Positions 23,363-36,100 of a stretch of DNA of 64,000 bases are shown one piece after another. Source of the stretch: Catajapyx aquilonaris (Eukaryota); NCBI GenBank assembly GCA_000934665.2, contig JYFJ02000887.1:1-64000 (forward strand), written 5' to 3'. The notes beneath the pieces were generated by a model. The model was not told where the DNA came from, made no database searches, and saw nothing but the letters and a program-made list of their open reading frames with translations. Made by a program: the position numbers and the translations under genes. Positions within the stretch are counted from its first letter, which is position 1. Each line of letters begins with the position of its first letter.

Positions 23363-26300
23363 ATTGGAAAGGCACTTCATCTACTAACTCCCTTCCTCAG
23401 GATTGAGCTAGTCACACCAAAGTACTGTTACGAGTAGTATTTTAGTCACTTTTAGTAAGAAGAGATGCTTCCAATGCAAAGGAGATTAGTGGCAGGGATA
23501 GAAACCAAGAGTTAGTGGTAAAGAAGAAACAAAAACACAGCAAAATTATAAGCAACAAAACATCCCGAGAACCATACCCCACATCATGGCATCATCCCAC
23601 CCAAAGCATTTGAAATTCCCAGCAGGCCTGCATGTGAGGCAAAACAGTGGTAGGTAGGAAGTGATAGTGAGGTTGAGGCAGGCAGAAACAGAGGCAGAGA
23701 GAGGGAGCGACGGAGAGAGAGAGGCGAGGGAGGGGNNNNGGGGGGGAGGGGAGAGAAGAAGAGAGGGAGAGAGAGAGAGAGAGAGAGGCAGAAACAACAA
23801 GCGAGTGAGCGAACGAACAGTCAAACAAACAAACAACCAAACAAACGGAGGCAAGAAGAAGAAGGCATGAAGGGCTTTCATTGAATGAGCAAGCCTTCCC
23901 CTTAACTATTCATTTACTCTCCCTGGTCTTTTAAATACCTCCAAAGCAAGGCTTATAATTTGAACTTGCAAATATATTTCTATAATTATTATTATTTATC
24001 AAGAGATTGTTGTAGTAGTAGTGTTTATAGTGTTGTCTTTTGGCGCGCAAAACTTACCACCTGCTTGCTGATTGGTTGGTAGGGGAGTAGTCTGGTGGGG
24101 GCGGAGGCGATCAGTCCCACCCCCAAGGTTGGTGGTGTTGGTTGTGGTGGTGGTGGTGGTGGTGGTGGGCCCGGGGCCATACATTTGCAAGGAGGCCTGG
24201 TCGAAACAGAAACGGGCATCCGAGGAGGAAGGGGGAGCAGATGATGGCATGGATTGCTGGGCTGGGGATGAGTTGGGCTGCTGGGGAGGAGCAGGGAGCG
24301 AGGGAGGAGGTGGGGGAGGACCACCCCCTCCCCCTCCTCCACTACCAGAATTTTGACTGGGTGACTGGTTGGGAGGGTAGAGGTGTTGCTGTTGCTGCTG
24401 CTGCTGATGATGCTGGAGTTGATGGGGATGTTGGTGGGGGTGCTGCTGGTGTGGGTGGGGAGGCGGGTGAGGCGGAGGGAGGTGCGGGTGGTGCTGTGGG
24501 TGCATGTGTTGGTGGGGGTGCTGCGGATGGTGGGGATGGAGGTGTTGGAGGGGGTGCTGTTGGTGTGGGTGGGGGTGCTGCGGGTGCATGGGAGGAGGGA
24601 AGTGGTGGGGGGATAGGGGGTGGCCGGGGGATAGAACAGGGGAGTCCTTCGGCATCCCATACTGCCGAGGGGAACCTATGCCACCTGCAATAAGGGCAGA
24701 GGGCAAAAACTGTCAATCCATCTATGGAGGGAGTGTCAGCTGGGGGTAGTGTTGGAGGGCTGGGCGGGGGCCACTCTTCTCATCCTTCCGTTTTTGTGCT
24801 CTCTCATTTCCAAAGTAATTATTCCATGGTTTTCAAGTGGGGAGGTCATAAGTCCAATTAATAACCATTAGCAACAAGTAATAAAACTTTCAGATTAAAA
24901 AAAACACGGACTACAAGTGATAAAAAGTGTGTCAATTCCACAAAAAAGACCAGATTGATGGAAGGAGAGGTCATGTGGCATTTGGTGGGAAAAGGGCGGC
25001 TTCAAAAAACAGCATGTATGTCGTAATAATCATAACCACAACAGTAAATAAATGGCAATCATAATAATGGAAGAGCAGCTTCTACCTTTGTTAACTAGGA
25101 TTATACTGGTAGTTATAACCATTGAGATAAAAATATTAAGTCATGCACATAACAGAAATCAAGTAAAAATGTTCAGAATCAACTGCAGACATGTCCCAGT
25201 ACTGTAACCGATAAATGACACAGAATGTCATTGTTCTTGTAAGAATTACTTTAAAATGTTTCCTCTTGTGTGCTGGGAAGAGGAGGCAAGGTGAGAGGGA
25301 AGGAAGGGAGATAAAGACAGCTGAAGTGAGGCAGATAAAAACCCAAATGCAAAAAAGAAATCATGGTGTTCAAGATCTTCCTTCTACGTATCTCCTCCTC
25401 TATGTCTGCCTGCTCAAGAAATGCTGTGCTGCAATGAATAGTTTGCCCTTTTCAATATATTCTCACATAGCTACACTACACACCTCCTCAGATCTCATAT
25501 GATTTAACTCCTTAAAATCCATATCCAGGAGCCTCTTAATAACATCAGTGTATAAAACACTGGTATGTGCCAAATGATGTACTGCCTCGCATCTAACACC
25601 TTGGGCATTCACTGCTAATATTCCGTCCACTACTTCATTTAATCTGGTTCAGCGTAACAAGGATAATTCAATTCTGGAGTGAGAGCGCATAATTTCACTG
25701 CCCCTCCTTCCATCTCATTTCACTGTATGTATCCTTTCCAGATTTCAAAATGCAACTGAAGTATTCGATGCATTGGACTCTAATGTGAACCATCAGTGAA
25801 TATTCCCTCCTATGCCTGGTAGTACCAACACAAAATTATGAAACATGCTGATTATGCTTTATCAATACTGTCTGAGTTTGTATCCATAAAACTGGACTAC
25901 TGAAAATCTGCCTGCATGTGTATTCTGTACTTGGAACACTGCACCATACAATAAGCAATAAAACTAACTTGCTGTTGCATGACAAGGATAAACTTGAAAG
26001 GTCCCTTGCCTCAGTTGAAGGCATTGATTAGGTTCAGACTTGGGATAAAATCTGAACCTAATCAATTAATGACATACTGGAAATATAGCTACTTTCAATT
26101 TTGTCACAAATAACGGCCACCACAGTAGCCTTGGACTTAAAATAACAGGCTAGGACTAAAATTACTTGCAAGGGTGCAGAATTACCAAACTGACTACAGT
26201 GGAGCATCGATTATTATCAAAACAATGGGGGACTGGGGATGTTCAGATAACTGATTTTTCGGATAACCAATCATTTATGAAAAAAATTGGTATGTAATAT

Positions 26301-27147
26301 TAAACACAAAGCTATATTTTGTATCACAGCCTCGTCTTATAAATGCATTTATACCTGACAAAGTAGTGTATAGTACACTACATACATTAAAGTAGACCTA
26401 CAGTTTAGGAAAAGAAGTCCAATACATGTATTTTCTTTTGCTTCAGAGCTGAGACTCATTTTTTTGGCGCTAAATCTCGCGTGCAAATTTGAATTTGCCG
26501 ACTCGAATGCTTTCGGTTCACCAATGCTTCAGTTGATCGGTATTCGGATAATAATCGATGCTCCACTGTACGCGTACTAGTAACCATAATTTTCCATTTT
26601 TGATCTAGTTGTGGTACTGAACGAAACCCTTCAAAATAAATGCAGTTGTGTTATAACTGATGCTGCAATGTCAAAGTTTAAATATTGGCACGTTAAACTG
26701 CACTGGCTAAGGTCTGGATTTCAAGGGGTCAACTTGCTACCTGCTCATTCCTACATTCTACCATATCTTTCATTACGTCTTCTTGACACTCCCAGAATTC
26801 GCACGGCGATGGAGGGAGGGAAAACTCAATGCATGCTTCCATATGTAGACTAACCTGGCAGCTGTCCCGTGGCACCAGGGGCACTAATAGTCCTTTGCAG
26901 TCTCAGCTGCTGCTGTTGCGTTGGCTGCTGCTGCGCCTGCTGCTGGTACTGTTGGGCTGCCCCTTGCTGCTGGTACATTTGCTGCTGGGCAGAGGGGGAG
27001 GCTGGGTGGGAAGTGAACTGTTGCTGCCCACCTCCCCCATTCCCACCCCCAACTCCTCCATCTGCGAATGGTGATTGCCTTGCAGGGGATGTCCCAGGGC
27101 TGGTCAGGGACCGCATTGGGGGGAGGTGCTGCTGACGGGCCTGCTGC

Positions 27148-27185
<38 letters not shown>

Positions 27186-30100
27186 GGCCTGCTGCGGCAC
27201 AAAGCCTCTCCCTCCACCTTGCCCACCATTGTTTGCAGTGCCTCCAAATGCACCCTGCGACAGGAGCTACCATAAGTGCTTAGTATTTCTGGTTAACAGA
27301 GAATAACTAACTATGCAACACCCCGCAGCTGGCTCAGAATTAAGTAGGTAATGTCTGAGGGGAACAGTGGACAGCATGTTCATTGTACTTAACTGTTCTG
27401 ATGGCAGGGCACAAAATAAATTCTATATTAATCATTCAGCTAACTTCCCATACCCTCTCCTCAAACCAATACCAACTCAATGTGACCCAGCTGTAGGTAC
27501 CCTCCCAAGTCCTTACAGAGAGCTGGGCATTGAGCATGGGATTCTGCTGCTGCAATGACATTCGTTGGGCTGCTGATTGCGCCCAGGCTGCATTAGTTTG
27601 CTGCCCCTGAGTCATAGCCTGCTGACCCATCTGCTGTAACTGACCCTGGGCCTGGTTTGCATACCCCTGCTGACCCTGGGGAAGAAGGGCACAGCACATT
27701 ATAATAAGAGTCGGACTATAATTTGGTAAAACTCAAAATGTGACGGGACAAACAAAAAGGACGGCCACGGACACAAAAACACGACAAAAAACAATGACGC
27801 GTCACTCAATTGTGGGCTTACATGGAAGTGGGCGAATCTGCGATAATCTCCTGGGAAGTGAGGTGTACCAACCTGCGGGATCCTAGGCGACAGCTGCGCC
27901 TGCTGGAACCCTGGGAGAGCCCCCTGTGGGTGGGGAGACAGCCTCGCCTGTGACCCCTGCTGGCCACCTGAGAAGCTGTTCATCCCCGACCTGCATGAGA
28001 TTAAGGCATGTTAGAATGGTGGGACTCAAAAGTCACTAGTAAGGCTCAACTACCCTTATCAGAACCAGGAACACGTCACCACTTTTCAATAGTGCATTCA
28101 ATAGGACTCTGAATCTCCATCTTTTGTTATTCTTATGACAAGAATCAGAATCAACATTTACATCTCATGTGCTAATTGATTTGAAGTGTTGCCAACTCTT
28201 TGGGTGGGTCCTTTGTCACCCTCTCCATATAAAAAATCTCATCTATTTATTCATCTCAGAAGTGCAGTGCCACTGCAGAAATGGGACAGCCTAGGCCATT
28301 ATTTTTCAATTCTGGAGTATTACGGCCACACTGATCCATATGATATAGGCTATTACAAATACATGTACAAGAGACAAGAAAACTGGTCAGTTACCCTGCA
28401 GAGCTGTACCCCTGCTGCTGTTGCCCCAAAGGCGAAGCCATCTGTGAGTGTGGGGAGTAAGGCTGTTGGTTGAGCCTCTGTCCAGGTGAGATCTGTGACC
28501 CACCACTGCCCAAAGGGCTGTTCAACATCTGGTTCCCATATCCCGGAGAAAGCTGCGAGTCTGGGACACTGGCTGACCTCTGTGAGAGGAAGATATTCTT
28601 TAGGCTTAGGGGATATCCATAAATTCAACATTACCATAGGCAAAGATCTTCTACGTCTACATAGCACCACAGGACGTACTTTGTAAATGAAATCTTCTAA
28701 AGTCCCCAGCCTCACCTGCAATGTCACATTTGGTGCTACAGTGTTGTTGAGCAGGCTGTTCATGTTCTGCAGGTTCCCCTCAGGTGACAACTGGTCTGCA
28801 GGCACATTTGGATGGATGACCAGTTGCTGCTGCTGCTGCTGCTGGAGTAGCCGCTGCCGCTGCTGGTGCTGCTGGGGAAGGATCTTGCGCCGGGTCATCA
28901 GGGTCAACTGGTTGGTCAGAACAGAGTTAGGGCCAGCCGCAGCTGCTGCAGACATGCCATAGTTCAGGACTGCTGCTCCTCTGGAGCCCATGGGGTTGCC
29001 CATGGCAGCTGGATTGGCAGGTATGCCCCCTTGTCCACCTACTGGTGGGCCTGGGAAGCGACCTCTCTGGGAGTAGAGCGGTGGAGGGGGAGGAGGAAAG
29101 CTGCTCTGGGATGCCTGAGAGGCCAGCTGAAATTGATGCATATATGCAAGGTTAGGGCATCCTATCTTTCTATTGTCCTGAAGTCAGAATTAAAAGAATT
29201 TATGTCTAGGAATGCCAATGTCACTTGATGATCTGCGTCAGATTTTAGACAGCTTAAAATAAGTACAAATTTCCCTTAACTACAGTATTACTTCTGCATT
29301 GAATTTAAATGAGCACCCCCATTATTCAGAGATTACTAGCCTCTTATCACTAAATAGATTTTATTGTACGTACTACCTGTACGTAACACATCCGTCATAA
29401 ACTACTCAGTGCATGGAAAAATCATCATCTGGGACAAAGCAAAAGTTCCATAATAGACAAATGCCAATAGTGCTGTATCTTATTAATGGTGTTATACCTA
29501 AGTCGAAACTTAATTTTAAAACCACTACCTGAGTAATACTCACAGAGGATGCCCCATAGGCAGGCGGGGTGCCAGGTACAGAGATAGTAGGCGAGGAAGG
29601 GCTGTTGACAGCAGACTCGCACTGCATTAAAGACTTTTGAATGGCGCTGATGGCCAGCTTCTCACTCATTTCTGACTGGAAGGAGCTGCTGCTTGGAGGC
29701 TCCAGTGTGTCCAGGAATCCCATAAGAGATGGATCGTCTGAAAGGGAGTGGTGTGTTAATCCTCAATGAAAAACAACCAAGTCCCCCTTACTACATACAT
29801 GTGATGCTAGTCACTTAACAATAACATGCATTTCACATGTTATGTGCCAATGTTATCTTATCCCATTTGATTGATAAACAACTTCATCAAATGCTGCAAT
29901 ATGTTTGGAATATGTTCAGCATGTAAATAATCAATAAGTTATTCGAGAAATATAACATTTATATTACACAGCAACCCAAGAAAAGGAATTTACTGTATAA
30001 TTTTTCCCCAGTGGCTAGTGAATACCTCTATTTCATAACTCAAATGTAGTGCAAACTTTGATGCAACCCCCTTAGTTGTTCATATAACCATGTACTGCTG

Positions 30101-33100
30101 TAACTGAACTCACCAGCTAGGTTGGCCTCTGGCACAAAGTCGATGACCTGATCCAATATATCGGACAGAAGTGGATCAGATGTCTGAGTGTCCCACAGGT
30201 TGGTGCTCCCATTTCCAGAAACCCTTGAATCAGAGTGTGCACCATCCACTCCAGCGCCCCCGACCTGCCCAAAGTCTCCCAGACCCACCCCAGAGAAAGA
30301 GTCGACTCCTGAACACATCATTCCCTGTGCCATAACCTTGAAACCTGATCCACCAGGTGGGGATGCTCCCATTCCAACTACTGGGTCACTTCCAGAAGCT
30401 GAAGTTGCTGGCTGATTCAACAAGCGGTTCAGCACGCTCCCCTTGTTGCCCATGGGACGACCAGGTGCTGGCCAGCCTGGCACAAGGTCCATCCCACCAG
30501 GCTTCATCACTTTGGGCAACTTATCCTGTGGGAGCTGGTGCAAAATAGAGCTGGGAATTGGCGGAATGCTAGTGGGTGGTGGTGGATCCTTTGCCAGTAA
30601 GGAGAGCAGCATCTTGTTCTTCTCACAGAGCTTACTGCCACCTCCTGACGCTGCCGCCACTGCAGCTGCCATGGCTGCAGCTGCTGCAGAGGTAGTGGTG
30701 GTGGTTGCAGAGGTGGTGTTGAGCAGGTGACCCAGAGACCCACCCCCTGCAGCTGTGCTAGGGGTGGACATGGTGGTGGGGGCTTCAGTACTGGGCTGCT
30801 TGGCCAATGGATGGCCATCCTCACTCTCCTCACTTGGCCTCTTCTGGCCCCGGAGGAGAGAGGTTGCACTCAGTTCGGTTAGCGACTCAGTACTTGATGA
30901 CGTGGTGAAGCCCAAACTTTTCAGTAGCTGATCTTCTCTTGACTGCTATATGGTGGGACAAGTGATATGAAATTAGCACAACATTTTTGAAATATGAAAT
31001 TATGCTAATCTACACAAGTGGAGGGAATGTGGCATATAGAAACAGATCTCATACTGACAATGTGAGTGGTGCAAATCAAGATTAGTATTCATGTCCTTTA
31101 ATCCACTTGAAGTGACTCTTAAAATGAAATTAATAACAAAGTTGCTCCATAGCATAAACATTTTCCACAATGAGAGAAGGTTTCCTATATGTGCAACAGT
31201 AACACTTCAAACAGTCCACCAGGACCAAAAAGATAATTCCTCATTAAACAAATTTCCACCAGATCCAGCCTTTGTTGCAGGCAAGTTTCAATGTAATTAA
31301 TGCACAACAACAACAACAACAACAAAATTTATAGAGGGGAACAAGACACAATAGCAGTAATTTAAAAATAGGAAATTGACTTTTAGTGTAAGGTCTGCCA
31401 TGCTTCTAACCAAATGATGTGATATTATCACTAAAGTTTCTAGCATGTCAGAACGTATGACGTGATTATCAGAGAAATTGGGCTTTGCTTGCTAAGTGAT
31501 GTAAGGTGAGAGTATCAGTTTCAAATACACTACAGTAGGCCTACCTCTGGATGGGACTCGAGCGTCATTTGGAACCATGCATAAAGCAAAAAAATCTTCA
31601 AGTAGCCGTGTGACTAACTATTGAATGTGGCAGCTCCCTAAAATAAGCGTGCCAGGTTGCCTTTGCTTCAGCCAATGACCTTATCACCACATATACGTCC
31701 TAAACTACGCAACGTGATAAGAAATATTGCCTTATCCTCAGGGCCTTACCCTCACGTCACATCTCATCACTATAACCAATGCTCTGCAATATCAGTTCTC
31801 TTCCCCCTTTCCTTGCCTCAATCGCGTTTAATAATTCCATATTATTATACCCATCTTACATTAGTGTGGTTAGCTACTCAGCACCTACCTGTGAGCTACT
31901 GCTTGCGTTGTGGCCTACAGCCTGTCCACCAACCTTCCGGTCTTCTTCAGAGTCCTTCAGCAGCTGCTGGAGCAGTTCATGCTGCTTCTTTAGGCCTGCC
32001 TTTGCTTCCACATCATCATCATCATTTTTCTCATTCAAGAGCTGCGTCAAGAAAATGAGTAAGTTGGCAATAATTAATCCAATCTTAATGAATTCTGCAA
32101 TTAAAAGTCTAATAATAAGAGGGATTAATGCTCTCTTCTTAGCAATAGAAATTACACCTGTCGAGACAAAGCCAGAAGCTTTTTATTCTTGCTCTACACA
32201 GTTCACACGTATTGAAAATTATTTTATGAATAGGCAGCAAGTTGTATATTTTTTCTCATTGCAAGCCCCCTAATTGCAATATGACATGCAGGACTTCCGA
32301 ATCCCCACCTAACATGTAACCAGTCAGTGATAATCCCTTGTGTAAGATGCAAATTATTTTTAACTAAATTACTTCTACCGACATTGGTATAATAGAGTAC
32401 ACCTACCTTTAGTAACATGTTGTTGCCACCCCCGCTGGACTTTGGTGCATCACTTCCCCCTGACACTGGAGATGCTCCTGGTATCCCAAGCCTGGAGGCA
32501 GAGGTACCACTAACAGAATGCATCCCTGAATTGGCCCCAGATCCCGGCGGACCTCCTGCCATCTCCTCCTGAGCATCATCCTCGTCATCCTGATTCAACA
32601 AGTTCTTCAGGATCTTGTGTTCATTCTTTGCCTCTCCTTCCCCACTGCTCCCGTCCCCTGAACCTCCCCCTCCCCCACACTCATCCCCACTGCTACTAGT
32701 CCGTTTGGTGAGCAGCAGGTTCCTCAAGCGGCCCGAGTCCACAATATCCGCACTCTCGTCTTTACTTGTGCACGTGGTTGTGGTGGTTGTGGTTGACGAT
32801 CCACAACTACTAGTCTCCTTAGGGGCTGTCACAGGTGTTTGCCTTCCTGAAAGGGATCCACCACTGCCAGCTCCATCCTGCAAAGGGCTGAAGGGGAAGG
32901 AAGTGCTGAATGGAGTCCCAACTGTGTGGGCAGGGCTTGCCGCATGGAAAGATGAGGAGGAGTTCATGGGACTCGCAGACACTGGTGCCGGACTGTATGC
33001 CGACACGCTTGGTGGCCTTGGGGTAGAGGTTGCACTCTGTCGCGAGTTTGGCCGCGAGTGCTGCGTATGAGAAGTTGTCACGCCACTGCCATTGTCCCAC

Positions 33101-36100
33101 GCGGAGGACACCACAGGGGGAGTGTTGGCACCACCATTGGCACCCGCTGATGTCGATGCTTCTTCGCCAAACAACTCCCAGCCAGGTGTTGGGATCATGC
33201 CCAGCTCAAAGTCATTCAGGTTGAGCTCCCCAGTGTTGAAGGTAGTGGCAAATGACGTTGCAGTTAAGGTCACCGGTGACTCTGAGTTTGTACCCGCACT
33301 AGCACCCCCCCTGGAGACAGAGCGCGGAGGTGGTGGTGGAGGGGTGGGAACTGACGCTGGGGCCAGCCCGAGCTGCCCGTTCAGGTTGCCAGTCCCCAGG
33401 AAGGGACCACCGTGACTGTTGTGGCTGTTGACTGTGGCGCCACTACCACTGCCACTACTCCCGCTCTTGGTTCCTCCACTTGCACCACCTGGAGGGGCTC
33501 CGCCTTCACCCGCAGATGCCTCATTATCCCTGCAGTTTGGGTTAAGGTAGGGCAGGCCAAGGTCAAAAAAGGGTAGCGCACAAGAGGCCCCCGGAAAATG
33601 CACAAAATTCAAACGCAGGTTGAGAGGAAGGGTGATGGTTGGGAAGGCACACAAGGATAGGATAGAGAGAAAGATTGGCATATCAGTAAGCGGGTTGGTA
33701 TAACAAGACAAAGCACAAACAGAGTACATTTGTGACCATCAGACAAATGTCAGTACCCGGTTGACACTTTACAGCTATTTTTTTGGTCACAAGCAAGAGT
33801 AAATGCATAACAACATAAGCACTTCACACATACACATTAGCTACAAACAGATAATTAGCTCTCAAGTATAGTCAAGTTACGCAGAATATGTGAATCAAAT
33901 ATTTGATGCAAACTACTAGTAATGTTTTTATCATGATGACGTAATATCTAAGGGTATTGGTCCAAAAAGATGGATATTATTAATGCTCACTAGTTTCATC
34001 ATTATTGTCTCAGGATATTAAAACACCAAGCGAAAGAACCAACACAAATGACTCATTTGGCATCTGAAACAGTAATGCCAATAAACCACATCAAAAATTA
34101 TCATGCACATATGACAAGCAAAAGCAGCAATTCCTTTTTAGCAAGCACCCCACATGCTTTTCAAGGATAGGAGATAACAATTTTGTCAAAGTATTGCAGG
34201 ACACCCAACAATTCAATGAGCAAGGTCACTCACTGCCACCCACTTTCCCCCCACCCACCCACCCCCCAGGTGGTGTAGCCCATCTCCAAACCATCACCAA
34301 TTGCAGCAAAACTGACAAATTTCTTCGGTTGTGGTACGAGACCAAATCATCATGCAACACGCTACAACGTACAACCTATTCTTTTGAGCTGAGCATAATC
34401 TGCTACTTCCAACACCATATGTGACAGTTTTTCAACAAGTGGGTGGAAACTAGGAAGAAATGGTGCTTTGAAGTACCTCACCCTTACAATCCGATGGGAA
34501 GACGGTAACAAATGAATGACCCACAAAAAACTTTGCATGCAGTCCTAACCAATTTTAAATGGCACCTCTACCCCTAGGTACACTGAAACATGAAAGAATT
34601 TAAACTCACCCTATGATAGAGTGTGTCGCCATGATGAACTGCTGCTCCTGGATTATGTGATTGAGCGGAAAGAGCTTGGACTTGGTCTGCAAGTGAATGT
34701 ACTTGTCAGGAGCAGCCACTCGCAGCCGATAGATTAGGCTGGTGCTGTTGCCACTCTGCAGGGCGTCCTTCAGGTGGCTCTGCAGCTTGGAGAGGTCACT
34801 TGGGTGGCACAGCTCGTGAATGATGCAGCCTATCAGGTCCTGCAATTCCACATAAAAGCCATTAAATGGAGATGCCCTTGTTTGCCTGCTTCATCAGGAA
34901 AATGGTAACATTAACACATGATATATCTTTATCAGAGTTATGCTCAATAATATAACTTGTTTTTGAGAGTCATTAATTTACTTTCATCTTAAATGTAAAT
35001 GACCATAAACAATGTACTATTCAGTACAATAATGTCAGCATACACCACCTTGTTCAGGTATTGAGAGTAAGTGGATGAGACTCCACTGGTGTCCACAGCA
35101 ATGATCTTCCCCATGGTGTCCAGCTTGGTGGTGAATTGCTCCACCGTGGCTCCTTGGGACTTTTCATTGGGTGGGATCCTCCTAGCCACACAGACCAGGC
35201 AGTTTTGCACATCTTCTGGCTCCGGGGACAAATCTCCCCCATCGCCCTTCTCACCAGGATGAGGCATAATACCAGCAGATATCTGCAAGGATCATTGGCA
35301 ATGTCAGTAATGTTGTCAGGGATTGTACAAGCAAATGGTTCATGGCATATTACCTGCATGGTTTCATATTTGGATGCTTTTAATGGTGTCTCGTCCATGG
35401 TGTCTTCATCAAAATCCAGAGGTTTGATGAGTAAACGGCAATTAAAACAGCGGCTCTTTGAGTGTGACTGAGGGTCACTGTTCCAGCCTGTAAGAGTAAA
35501 GTTATCTCATATCGTTAGTAATTCCAGACACTCAAGCTTTCAGTGCAAAATTTACCAGGGTATCATCCCTGCAGCAGATCAGAATGTTAAATCGTTAATG
35601 AAACACTAAGGCTCCATATTGGATTACCTCCAAACCATGCCACAGTCTCGAAAAAAGGTATTCACCCAATAAGCTGTCATTTGAAATTAAATTAGAAATA
35701 ACCTGCGACTTGTCAGCAAATGCAAAATGACATGGATTTTTTTTTTAAATTAATTAAATGAAAATATGGTTACTGTACATAAATCTTTCCTTAATCTCCA
35801 CAACAGATCTGCCTACAAATGGCTTTCAAAAATTCATAAATGAATATGACATATCCTGTGCATACCTAATGACATAGGTAGAAGGCTGGAACTGAATTGG
35901 GCATGGTCCCCATTGTGAATAACATTATATATACTCTTGCCGATGAGGTCGTCTTGGGTGAACTTGATGAACTGGGTGACGTTCTCACTGACAAACTTCA
36001 CCTTGCCGTCCGTGTTTACCAAAAAGAGGAAGCCGTCCAGGGCCTGGTGGGAATAAAAGAGGTGATTGTGACATATGTTTTGAGGTGGCCTCAACAAGCC

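Noticed and set aside
23999..33415. Many poly-Ala/Leu/Cys/Trp ORFs in other frames and on the + strand
   Set aside because: Shadows of CAG/CAC/CCN repeats in taiman exons.
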